A stretch of DNA of 64,000 nt, from sequence record PP496440.1; one strand, 5' to 3'. Position 1 is the stretch's first letter, and each line of letters starts with the position of its first letter. Below are positions 47,149-55,742 of the stretch, one piece after another. A model generated the notes under the pieces. The model was not told the DNA's origin. It worked only from the letters and a program-made list of their open reading frames with translations, and made no database searches. The position numbers and the translations under genes were made by a program.

Positions 47149-47215
47149 GGCACCATGGCACCAGCCATGCCCGGAAACATTGAGCTTCCGGCCACTGTCC
47201 CAAGAGGAACGCACC

Positions 47216-47704
47216 ATGATCAATCAAGACTTGCAAGTAACTGGCACCACTCCAGCCGTGGACGGGTATCAGGTTGAAGTGAACGACACTAAGCACGGTT
47301 TCCGCTTTCGTCTGCGCCACATCCCTACTGACCGGGTAACTCACTGGGCAGGTTACCAGAGCATAGTCATGCTGGACGACATCGCCGCGACCACCGGCTA
47401 TTATGGCGGCGCCGGCGAAGATCTGGTCCCCCGTTCCGCTGCAGACATCCTGCGTCAGTTCGCTGTGCAAGACGTCACCATCAAGTTTGGCGATGAGTTC
47501 ACCGAAGCAGGTGATGCGGTAGCCGACGCCAAGGTAGCTTTGCTGGACACTGACGAAGTTGAGGAGATGCAGCAGTCGTTCACCGACTCACTGGCAGACG
47601 CCCTTCGTGGTTCCGGTGACTTGCTGGAGAACATGTCTGACGACGACTTCGCCGCTGGCATGAAGGCTTTCGACGCAGCTACTCCGCTGACGAAGAAGAA
47701 CTGA
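47216..47704 (+). CDS. Hypothetical early protein, acidic C-terminus
   Basis: CTGTCCCAAGAGG leader. Confidence 0.75.
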   Translation: MINQDLQVTGTTPAVDGYQVEVNDTKHGFRFRLRHIPTDRVTHWAGYQSIVMLDDIAATTGYYGGAGEDLVPRSAADILRQFAVQDVTIKFGDEFTEAGDAVADAKVALLDTDEVEEMQQSFTDSLADALRGSGDLLENMSDDDFAAGMKAFDAATPLTKKN

Positions 47705-47748
47705 TAACCACGGGGATCGCAAGGTCCCCGACCCTGAGAGGGTGTATC

Positions 47749-48108
47749 ATGAAGCCTGAGTATTGCGACTACTGCGATCTAGACACCAGCTCGGAGGAAC
47801 TCGAGACCGTTGTGGATGGCAAACACACTGTCTTCCCCGTGACGGGTAGCAAGAGCAAACAGTTCCCGGATGCACAGCCCGTTGAAGTTGTCGCCGGTCT
47901 GGAACTTTCGTACCGCAACTGGTCGATCATCCGCAATAGCAGAAATGACGTATGGGAGATATTTCATCCGGATACGCCAGACAGTACTGAAGATGAGTAT
48001 CCACGTGTCTGGGACTGCATGCGTTGCATAGACAAAGAGATTGAAGACGGTCGCCATCTTGGCGATGCCATCACCCCCGAAACTGAAGACTGCGTACTCC
48101 GAGCCTAA
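47749..48108 (+). CDS. Hypothetical acidic protein
   Basis: GAGGG RBS, CxxC. Confidence 0.7.
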   Translation: MKPEYCDYCDLDTSSEELETVVDGKHTVFPVTGSKSKQFPDAQPVEVVAGLELSYRNWSIIRNSRNDVWEIFHPDTPDSTEDEYPRVWDCMRCIDKEIEDGRHLGDAITPETEDCVLRA

Positions 48109-48152
48109 GCTACTGCTTGAGAGTCCGCCCCTACCCCGAAGAGGATTGCATC

Positions 48153-49307
48153 ATGGCCCGAGTCAATACCGCCCGCTACGCTTCCCAACTCCAGAATCTG
48201 GAAGGCGTCACTATTAAGATCGTTCCATTGGGCGAAGCAGGGGATAAAGCCCCCGTCAGTCCGATGATGGACGCGTACTTCTGGACCCGCAAGCTTCCAG
48301 ACAACGCCACGCTGCGCCAGTTGATCAACCGCATTCGTACTTCGTCTGGTCACGTCAAACAAGGCGACGAAGCACAAGGGGCACCGGGCAACGTCTTGTT
48401 GGTCGGTAAGCATACATGCCAGCTGCAGGTGTTCACGGCCAAAGGTTCGCCGTTGACCAAGAAAGAGATGTCGGTCGCCACTATCACCATGGGCCAGTTA
48501 CGCAAGCAGGCACCAGCCAAGGTCGTTCGTAAGGATCACGTTGCTTCGGCCAAAGGATCGATGGAACAGATAAAGAAAGACGATCCAGAGCTGTATGCAG
48601 CAGCGACCGGCAAGACGTTCGATCCGACCAAAGCCCAGACGGCAGCGAAAGCTTCGACGATGGACGCCATCACCGGCATGCTCGCCCAGTTCTCTAACAA
48701 GCCCCGCAAGGGTGAGAAGAAAGCTGACACACTGCCGACCGACCCCAAAGAAGCCGTGCAGTTCCTTCTACAGCACTGGCACAACACCGGTGGCCCGAAA
48801 GAGGTTAGCACCACGGTGTCGAAGGAAGGCGCCCAGTTTGTCGATGACATGTACAACAGCTCGTATCCAGAGATGATGCAGGACGTAGGCCACCCGCCTA
48901 CTGAATACCTTCTCAAGTTCTGGGAAGTGAACCGCTACCGCTTCGGCATCGGCCACCCGGTTAAGATTCCACCCGCTGATCTGCCGGTAAAGTCCACGAT
49001 GACGGGTAAGGTGTTGTGGCTGGGTGGTAAGCAGAAGAGCGTGATCAAGAAAGTCGTATCGCGTCAGCTACCGGGTCGTCCAGAGGGTGAGCGTACCGAG
49101 TTCGCCATTACGGTGTCGGGTGAAGAGGTGCAAACCCGTCATCTGATCAAGCACAAGGGCGACTCGTACCAGATCAATGACTTGGCAATCATCTCGGATG
49201 GCATCCTCCGTCCTGAGACGTCAACGGTCACCCCGAAGCCCGGCCCGACCAAACCGAAGAAGCCAGCACTGGAAGTCAAAGCCAAGAAGAAAGGTAAGAC
49301 GAAATGA
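48153..49307 (+). CDS. Basic hypothetical protein
   Basis: GAGG RBS, Lys-rich. Confidence 0.8.
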   Translation: MARVNTARYASQLQNLEGVTIKIVPLGEAGDKAPVSPMMDAYFWTRKLPDNATLRQLINRIRTSSGHVKQGDEAQGAPGNVLLVGKHTCQLQVFTAKGSPLTKKEMSVATITMGQLRKQAPAKVVRKDHVASAKGSMEQIKKDDPELYAAATGKTFDPTKAQTAAKASTMDAITGMLAQFSNKPRKGEKKADTLPTDPKEAVQFLLQHWHNTGGPKEVSTTVSKEGAQFVDDMYNSSYPEMMQDVGHPPTEYLLKFWEVNRYRFGIGHPVKIPPADLPVKSTMTGKVLWLGGKQKSVIKKVVSRQLPGRPEGERTEFAITVSGEEVQTRHLIKHKGDSYQINDLAIISDGILRPETSTVTPKPGPTKPKKPALEVKAKKKGKTK

Positions 49308-49549
49308 GTCGGTTCAAGATGATGTACGGTAACGTCAAGGTGTGGGGCATGTTCATTCTGGCTATCCTCCTTGCCGTGATCGCCGCCGTCATATGGCTGA
49401 TTGGTGCCGGTATGGTGCTCGTAGGACGCGCAGGCCGGGTTTTGCAGCGCATCGGTGCCGGGAGTTGGGGCGCGAGCGCTAATGCCAGTGAGCACAGCCT
49501 CAGCATATACAACCGCATCCGGCCTAAGAAGCCTAACGACCCGTCTTGA
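49304..49549 (+). CDS. Small membrane protein
   Basis: Long hydrophobic segment, ATGA overlap. Confidence 0.6.
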   Translation: MSRFKMMYGNVKVWGMFILAILLAVIAAVIWLIGAGMVLVGRAGRVLQRIGAGSWGASANASEHSLSIYNRIRPKKPNDPS

Positions 49550-49607
49550 CCCCATCCACTAAGACACCGGTAAATGAGCCGGTGTCCTACCGCTTACCGA
49601 GGTAACC

Positions 49608-49931
49608 ATGAGTACGCCAGACACTGACCAAACCACTGCGGATGTCGAGGCAGTTGTTGTTCGACTTGAACGTGGGAATGATAAAGACGGAAACCCCGTT
49701 CATTACTTCCTGACGTACCGAGGCAAGGATGTTCCGATGGGTGAACGTGAGGTTCGTACCACGGCCAACATCAAGCACGCCTTCCGCTTCAACACGGAAG
49801 ATGAGGCAGTCGCTGCCACGCAGTCGGAAGGCTTCCAGCAGTTGGTAGCCAAGATCAACCGGTCCGGCCCCGGTGTCACCAACGTGACAACGCCGAAGAT
49901 GAGCATTCGTTACGCTCTGCTTCCTGAATAA
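49608..49931 (+). CDS. Hypothetical protein
   Basis: GAGGT RBS. Confidence 0.7.
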   Translation: MSTPDTDQTTADVEAVVVRLERGNDKDGNPVHYFLTYRGKDVPMGEREVRTTANIKHAFRFNTEDEAVAATQSEGFQQLVAKINRSGPGVTNVTTPKMSIRYALLPE

Positions 49932-49981
49932 CCAAACCCAATCTCAATAGCAACATCTAAAGTCCCGATAGGAGTTACACC

Positions 49982-51637
49982 ATGACCGTTCCAGCACGAT
50001 TCGCAGCAGCAGAAGCAAAACTTTACGTCGGCAACAAGGCTGACAACATCCGCATCCAGCTGAAAGGCAACGTTGCCTTGATTCAAGGCTGGAAGGACGA
50101 CAAGGAAGATACCGAAGTTGCCCGCGAGGAATTCAAGACCGCCAAGGATTTGACTGACCTGATCAAGTCGGCCCGCAACGAAGTCAATGCCCCCGACGGC
50201 CAGATTCGTGTGGTCAGTGACGACGCCAGCATCATCGTCATCGATCTGGGTACTGAAGCGGAAGAGATCCGTAGCTTCGGCAAGTCTGGAGCCAAGCTGT
50301 TGGACGCTCTGATCACGCTGGCTAAAGCGGAAGAAATCGAAGGTGAAGCGGCTCGCGGTCAACTGGCAGATAAATTGGCCGAAGCGTTGGCTAAGCCTGA
50401 GTCGGACCAAGGTGAAACCGCTGTGGAAACCGTAGCAGGCAAGCTGACCACTGCACCGGCCACTGGCACTGACCTTGTCGGAACTCCGCTCAACTCCCCG
50501 GTACAAGGCGCGGGTATCGATCTGAAGCAGGAAGCTGACGCACAGGGCGACGAACTCGGTTTGGTCGAAACCATGGAAGAGCAATTCCAGCACCCCGGTC
50601 TGGTGCATCGCTTCGGCTTCCCGGCTGGCATCACTCTGGGTGGCGCCGTGGATGTGACCCTGCCAGATGGTAGCGTTACCGAGCACTACACTTTCTCTGA
50701 CATGGACGGTGACCCCGCCGACGACAGCGCTGAAGGTACCGTGGTCGTCGAAGTGCGTACCTACGCCACGGATGCAGACGAGGAAGCGGAAGACGATCGC
50801 ATCTCGCTGGAACTGCCGACCCTCACCGCGATCAATCGTCTGCTCAACCTGATCGAGACGTACGGCGACGAACTGAAATTCAACATGGTGTCTGTGCTGA
50901 CACTGGACGTGCCCGCTCTGGAACTGGAATATCGCTACACCCCCGAGAAGGGCAAGCTGACCAGCAAGATCCGTGTCGAGTTCGCCGAGGCATTCATCGC
51001 AGACCTTAGTGCCATCGCGGTGCCGACGTACACCCCGTTCGATCTGCGTATGCACGGCGAGTTCAGCTACGAAGACTTCGCCCACGTAACCAGCAACTAC
51101 GCAGCCTCGTTGAGCGCTCGCTGCCGCAACTCTTCCCCGGCGTCTGTCCTGACTGGCAAGATCGAACTTATCGGCTGGGCCAGCCTCACGGATGATGCAG
51201 GGGAGTCTTCTACCCTGATGTTCGACGGTGCATCCGCCAGCAACTCCCAAGGCGATGAAGTGACCATGCAGGTAGCAGTGGCCCAACTGCTCGCCGCCGA
51301 CAAGATCACGTTCTTCCCCGACACCCGCTTGATGAAGATCGCCAAAGCGTCCACCGCCAAGGACAAGTCTTTCGGCCCGGAAGCACTTACAGGTATGGCG
51401 GTCAAGCTTAACGGCAAGGATGAAGGAATCATCTACACCACCAAAGGCTTGGGCACCCTGCTCAACAACTTCCATCAGACCCAAGTGGCCGCAGTCACCG
51501 AGGAAGTGAAGAAGGTGAACGAGCTGGTTGATACCGAACTCAGCATCGTCTTGAGCGAGCTGATGGTTGATCTGCCGCAGGACGTCCCTGAGAAGAAGAT
51601 CAAGTCGGTCCAAACCAAGCCTCGCATCATTAAGTAA
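49982..51637 (+). CDS. Large acidic hypothetical protein
   Basis: AGGAG RBS, strongly C-ending codons. Confidence 0.85.
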   Translation: MTVPARFAAAEAKLYVGNKADNIRIQLKGNVALIQGWKDDKEDTEVAREEFKTAKDLTDLIKSARNEVNAPDGQIRVVSDDASIIVIDLGTEAEEIRSFGKSGAKLLDALITLAKAEEIEGEAARGQLADKLAEALAKPESDQGETAVETVAGKLTTAPATGTDLVGTPLNSPVQGAGIDLKQEADAQGDELGLVETMEEQFQHPGLVHRFGFPAGITLGGAVDVTLPDGSVTEHYTFSDMDGDPADDSAEGTVVVEVRTYATDADEEAEDDRISLELPTLTAINRLLNLIETYGDELKFNMVSVLTLDVPALELEYRYTPEKGKLTSKIRVEFAEAFIADLSAIAVPTYTPFDLRMHGEFSYEDFAHVTSNYAASLSARCRNSSPASVLTGKIELIGWASLTDDAGESSTLMFDGASASNSQGDEVTMQVAVAQLLAADKITFFPDTRLMKIAKASTAKDKSFGPEALTGMAVKLNGKDEGIIYTTKGLGTLLNNFHQTQVAAVTEEVKKVNELVDTELSIVLSELMVDLPQDVPEKKIKSVQTKPRIIK

Positions 51638-51659
51638 TTCAAGCAAGGACAATCAGGCC

Positions 51660-52448
51660 ATGGATGGCACTCACGGACAACGCAGGGTTAGTAAAATGAA
51701 GGTTTCTACGAAACGACGTATTCTCTACTGGGCACCATCGGTACTGGTTCTGCTGGCGTCAATGTCACTGGTCGGTCTCGCTGCCCACGCCAACACCGCG
51801 CGAGCTGATGAGATGGCGCCACCTATGAACTCTGAAGTTCACCGGGCAGCAATGTCGGTACAAGCGGCGCAGGGGTTCAATGGTAATGCCAGCCCACTGA
51901 CGCTGGATCGCCAGGCCTATCCGTCGGACGTCAAAGCCAAGATGGACGAAGTGATGCGTCAGTGTCCAGTGGACGGCTCGCTGAAACAGGTGCGACTGTT
52001 CCGCTATTCGGAAGGTGAAGTCCCCTCCCCGAGTATGTTCGACGCCATCTGTAGTTTGCTGGTTCTGCCACCCGACGTGTACCACAAGACTGATCCGATG
52101 AAGTGGCGCAAGTTCACGCAGAAGGTTACCCCGGTCAGCGCCGAGATCCTGATCGAAGTGGATTCGAGCAAGCCTCAGGATGAGAAGGCGCGCTTCCTGT
52201 TTCAGCAGGTGCTGAACAATCCCGACTGGTTCCAACTGGTCGAAGTGAAAACCATGAAGGTGAAGGGCACTGCGCTGGAGCGTACGGTGATCTTCCAGAT
52301 CCAGCAATCGGTAGGTGTGTATTACGACATGCTGGCGGCGTACGTTAGCCAACAAGGTAAGCCTGTCGTCGAACCCATCCCGACTATCCAGAGCGGGAGC
52401 CGCAGCACGGACAACCGACCCATCACCATGTTGACCGAACAGAAGTAA
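51660..52448 (+). CDS. Exported hypothetical protein (start could be 51696)
   Basis: Signal peptide ending ARA, Cys pair. Confidence 0.7.
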   Translation: MDGTHGQRRVSKMKVSTKRRILYWAPSVLVLLASMSLVGLAAHANTARADEMAPPMNSEVHRAAMSVQAAQGFNGNASPLTLDRQAYPSDVKAKMDEVMRQCPVDGSLKQVRLFRYSEGEVPSPSMFDAICSLLVLPPDVYHKTDPMKWRKFTQKVTPVSAEILIEVDSSKPQDEKARFLFQQVLNNPDWFQLVEVKTMKVKGTALERTVIFQIQQSVGVYYDMLAAYVSQQGKPVVEPIPTIQSGSRSTDNRPITMLTEQK

Positions 52449-52483
52449 CCTGAAACACCCACTGTCCCAATGAGGTATCTACC

Positions 52484-52846
52484 GTGAATAAGTTTACCGA
52501 TTTCAAGAAAGAAGGTCAGATAGTACGTATGCTCCCCGACTGGCCTGCTAAGCCTGCGTTCGTTCGTCTAAAGGAAAGACCGGATACAGATGATCTAATC
52601 CCTGTTGACTTCTCCTGTACACTGATGTCACTGCCTAAGTCTTTCACCCTCCCGATTGTGACTGAAGATGGTAACCACCACGTACTACGAACGGGCATCA
52701 AGGCCTACGCTCGCATCGCCGCTTTCATTCAGATGAGTGGCCCCTTCAAGGGTAAGGATGTGGGCTTCCGTGCGCAGGCTGATCAAGCCCGTGCTTTCAA
52801 GCTGGCCGACCTGGTACAGCGTAACATGATCAAGTACGGGAAATAA
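52484..52846 (+). CDS. Hypothetical protein
   Basis: CTGTCCCAATGAGG leader, GTG start. Confidence 0.7.
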   Translation: MNKFTDFKKEGQIVRMLPDWPAKPAFVRLKERPDTDDLIPVDFSCTLMSLPKSFTLPIVTEDGNHHVLRTGIKAYARIAAFIQMSGPFKGKDVGFRAQADQARAFKLADLVQRNMIKYGK

Positions 52847-52849
52847 GAC

Positions 52850-53881
52850 ATGCGCAATAAAGACATGGACAAAGTGGAACTGCACGTAGCAGTGACCGAT
52901 GAGATTCAAGGTGCTTTCACCGACGGCACAAAAGATTACCGGGGTTGCACACGCGAACGTATCGAAGATACCCGTGCCCTGATCAAACGGTCTTACGTGT
53001 CGCTGCGTGAAGTTGGTTACTGGCTGGTCAAAGCGTTCGGCGTGGAGACTGCCCATGACAAGAAGGAGCGTGTCTACCGCTTCACCGAGGAAGCTCTGGA
53101 GCTGGGGCAAGCCACGGGACTGACAAAGGAAGAAGCACTGGCGCTGGTGGACTACGTATTCGAAAGGCCTGTCGGGGAAATCAAACAGGAGGTAGGCGGT
53201 GTGATGACCACTCTTGCGGCGTTGTGCTTCGCTCACGAGATCGATCACCATGAATGCGGGCGCATCGAGCTGGACCGTGTGCAAGATCCTGCCGTGCTGG
53301 AGAAGATCAGGATAAAGCAAGCCAACAAGAAGATTCGCAGTCCGCTGCCGGGCATCGTGAAAGAAGAGTGTCAAGCGGAACCGGCACTCAAGGGTTTTGA
53401 TCCAGTGTGTTCCTGCAAGGAATGTGAGGTTATTCGGTACGGCCATCGACACTCTCAACCGCAGAAACAAGCGGTGTCCTATGTGGAAGACGTGATCGAC
53501 AAGTTGAAAGCCGATCAGGTGGCTGGGCACACCGGGGTTACTCTGGTGGTCGTCCGCACCCTGATGGCGATTAACCGGATCAGGGAAGCCATGGAAGATA
53601 AGGGCACCGTGTGCGTCGTAAGAAAGATGGGGGACTTTGAAGGAGCAATGGGCAGTGTTGAAGGGTTAAGGGAAGGAGAGCAACTGTACATTGTAGGCAC
53701 CAAGGGTATACTGTGTGCCGGATGGTCGCTGATCACCCCCTTCGATGTTCGCGTGTACAGCACCTGCCCGCTAGGGGATGACCACTACGTCCAGCTGATG
53801 GCGCGCTGGTTCAAAGACGGAGTGCGGACACTTCCGGTCTACCACTATGTTCCGGGCCGCACAGACAATCCCGGACTGTAG
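52850..53881 (+). CDS. MazG/NTP-pyrophosphatase-like domain fused to a degenerate helicase-C-like domain
   Basis: ER..RFTEEALEL...VDYVF.RPVGE..QEVGGVM.TLAALC; C-terminal GILCAGW...YVQLMAR. Confidence 0.55.
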   Translation: MRNKDMDKVELHVAVTDEIQGAFTDGTKDYRGCTRERIEDTRALIKRSYVSLREVGYWLVKAFGVETAHDKKERVYRFTEEALELGQATGLTKEEALALVDYVFERPVGEIKQEVGGVMTTLAALCFAHEIDHHECGRIELDRVQDPAVLEKIRIKQANKKIRSPLPGIVKEECQAEPALKGFDPVCSCKECEVIRYGHRHSQPQKQAVSYVEDVIDKLKADQVAGHTGVTLVVVRTLMAINRIREAMEDKGTVCVVRKMGDFEGAMGSVEGLREGEQLYIVGTKGILCAGWSLITPFDVRVYSTCPLGDDHYVQLMARWFKDGVRTLPVYHYVPGRTDNPGL

Positions 53882-53936
53882 TTCTTAATTACAGCGGTCC
53901 ACTACGGGCTTTATACAATCCGATGGAGATAAGATC

Positions 53937-54455
53937 ATGGCTTCGAAAAAGCGTGGCAACACCCCCGTTGCAGAATCCACTGGCGCTGGTACGCCGGTCA
54001 CCGAAAACGAAAAGACTTCACCTAACCTGATTCAGACCCAGATTCCTTCGGCTGAGTCCGGTGCGGAGAAGATCGCTGAGTCCGATGTTGCGCCGACCGG
54101 TGAACCCGTTCAAGAGCGACACGAAGGCCAGCACGAAGATTCGATCAGCTCGGAACAAGTTGGTGATCTGGCTTCCATCATGGGCAACGGAGACACCGCC
54201 AAGCAAGACGCCCCAGTGGAACAGGATCAGTCCGAGGACACCCAATCAGAACCGCGTCAAGAAGCTACCGAAGCCGGTATCGCACTGGCCGACAAGATCT
54301 CGGAACTGGAAACCAACGGTGACACCGCTGAAGAGCTGCGCCACAAAGTCAGCGGCGAAGGTGGCATCATGGATCAGTTGAACAAGCTGGCTGAAGGTAG
54401 CGAGCGTGAAGAGCTGACCCAGCGTGCACAAGCAATTCTGGTTAACCGCGTCTAA
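53937..54455 (+). CDS. Acidic, probably disordered protein
   Basis: GGAG RBS; E/Q/S/T-rich. Confidence 0.8.
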   Translation: MASKKRGNTPVAESTGAGTPVTENEKTSPNLIQTQIPSAESGAEKIAESDVAPTGEPVQERHEGQHEDSISSEQVGDLASIMGNGDTAKQDAPVEQDQSEDTQSEPRQEATEAGIALADKISELETNGDTAEELRHKVSGEGGIMDQLNKLAEGSEREELTQRAQAILVNRV

Positions 54456-54468
54456 ATCTTCGGCGCGC

Positions 54469-54510
54469 AAAAAACCCCACTCGCGTACATCACGAGTGGG
54501 GTTTTGTTTT
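54469..54510. terminator. Bidirectional intrinsic terminator between convergent units
   Basis: A6-CCCCACTCG/CGAGTGGGG-TTTT. Confidence 0.85.
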
Positions 54511-54607
54511 ATCTGCAGTACGGCTTCGCAGGCTAGCGTGTGGGCGCGTTGGCTATCCCAGCCCGGTCGATATGACCCCAAGCTGGGATAAACCCGCCTG
54601 CGCGATC

Positions 54608-55282
54608 CTACGCGGCCAGTGCGGCAGCGGCGATATCCCACAAACGCTTCCGGTCGTCCGCGCCGATCTGACCGCCGTTGATGGCCTGGGTCACATCGAA
54701 GAAGCGCCCGGCATCAGCCAGCTTGTTGCAGTTGTTCTCATCCCAGTAGTCGGCAGCTGCCATGAAGCCTGCTTCGGGCAACGCCAGCAGATCCGGGTTG
54801 TTGATGAGTGGGATACCCAGCTTGTTCTGCAACTTGAGGTACTCCGCTTTGCCGGTACGCATGATCGGGCAACGACCTCGGTACTTCCACCCGTCACCAC
54901 TCGCCTCGTCGCCGTTACCCATGCGGTTCGCATAACAGTTGTTGGCGATGGCCTGGGGTTTGCGCGCCAGCTTGATCGCCAGTGCGTTAGGTGCAACGCG
55001 TACTTGCCCTTTGTCGTTGGTGATCTTGACGCGCTTGCCATTAGCGTCTACCAACCCGTAGCGAGTCGGCCAGGTGTTTGCCAATCCGTCGGCGCTGTAG
55101 TTCAAGCCTTCCTCGAACTTGGCAAGGTCACCCGACTCATGGTCGATCTGGCCGAGGAACATCGCCATGCGTTGCTTGTTAAGGCTGATCAGGTACTTGT
55201 CCATGGCAGCTTGCAGTGGCTTAAGATAAGCCATGGGCGCCGACGGGAAGATTTTCTTGAATTGCAATTCAGTAAGCAGCAT
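54608..55282 (-). CDS. Glycoside hydrolase family 19 endolysin
   Basis: AMFLGQIDHESG..EEGLNYS, YANRMGNGDEASGDGWKYRGR, VTQAINGG..G.DDR; GGAG RBS before ATG 55282. Confidence 0.92.
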   Translation of the reverse strand: MLLTELQFKKIFPSAPMAYLKPLQAAMDKYLISLNKQRMAMFLGQIDHESGDLAKFEEGLNYSADGLANTWPTRYGLVDANGKRVKITNDKGQVRVAPNALAIKLARKPQAIANNCYANRMGNGDEASGDGWKYRGRCPIMRTGKAEYLKLQNKLGIPLINNPDLLALPEAGFMAAADYWDENNCNKLADAGRFFDVTQAINGGQIGADDRKRLWDIAAAALAA

Positions 55283-55610
55283 GGGGTACATCTCCATTGT
55301 TCAGGGTAGACAACATTGCCTGCCAGTCTCCGGTGTTGGGCATTCCATCTTCATGGAACCGGAGGGGCACGACGGGGTGAATGGATAAGGCGTGGTCACG
55401 CATCCGCAGCAGGATGGCGTCGATGGCAGTGTCAATAGACTCGCCTCGGTATTCCATCCGTTGCAGTATCTCTTCCCGAAACATGCGGAACTGCTCTGGT
55501 GGGAAGTTGTACTTAAGACAACTGGCGTGGATGTCAGCCTTGTTCCTCTGGTAGTACGTGACCATCGCGGTAACCCTCGGACATCTGGGGGTGTTGCGTG
55601 TTTTGCTCAT
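55269..55610 (-). CDS. Hypothetical protein co-transcribed with endolysin
   Basis: GGGAG RBS; overlaps endolysin start. Confidence 0.65.
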   Translation of the reverse strand: MSKTRNTPRCPRVTAMVTYYQRNKADIHASCLKYNFPPEQFRMFREEILQRMEYRGESIDTAIDAILLRMRDHALSIHPVVPLRFHEDGMPNTGDWQAMLSTLNNGDVPHAAY

Positions 55611-55742
55611 TGCTCCCTCTCCATGAGGTGTGCTAAGTGGATGACGGACAGATTAGTAATTATTTTGATGTCGCTCGGAATTACGCAAATGGCAGGCTGT
55701 AAATAGCTGTAAAATCCAACCACCAATAGCAAGGACCTTAGC

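Noticed and set aside
12026-48152. Upstream-extended starts in the ORF track (for example 12471, 12847, 22514, 23179, 33955, 39719, 48117)
   Set aside because: They overlap upstream genes or promoters; downstream starts with clear Shine-Dalgarno sequences or gene coupling were chosen instead
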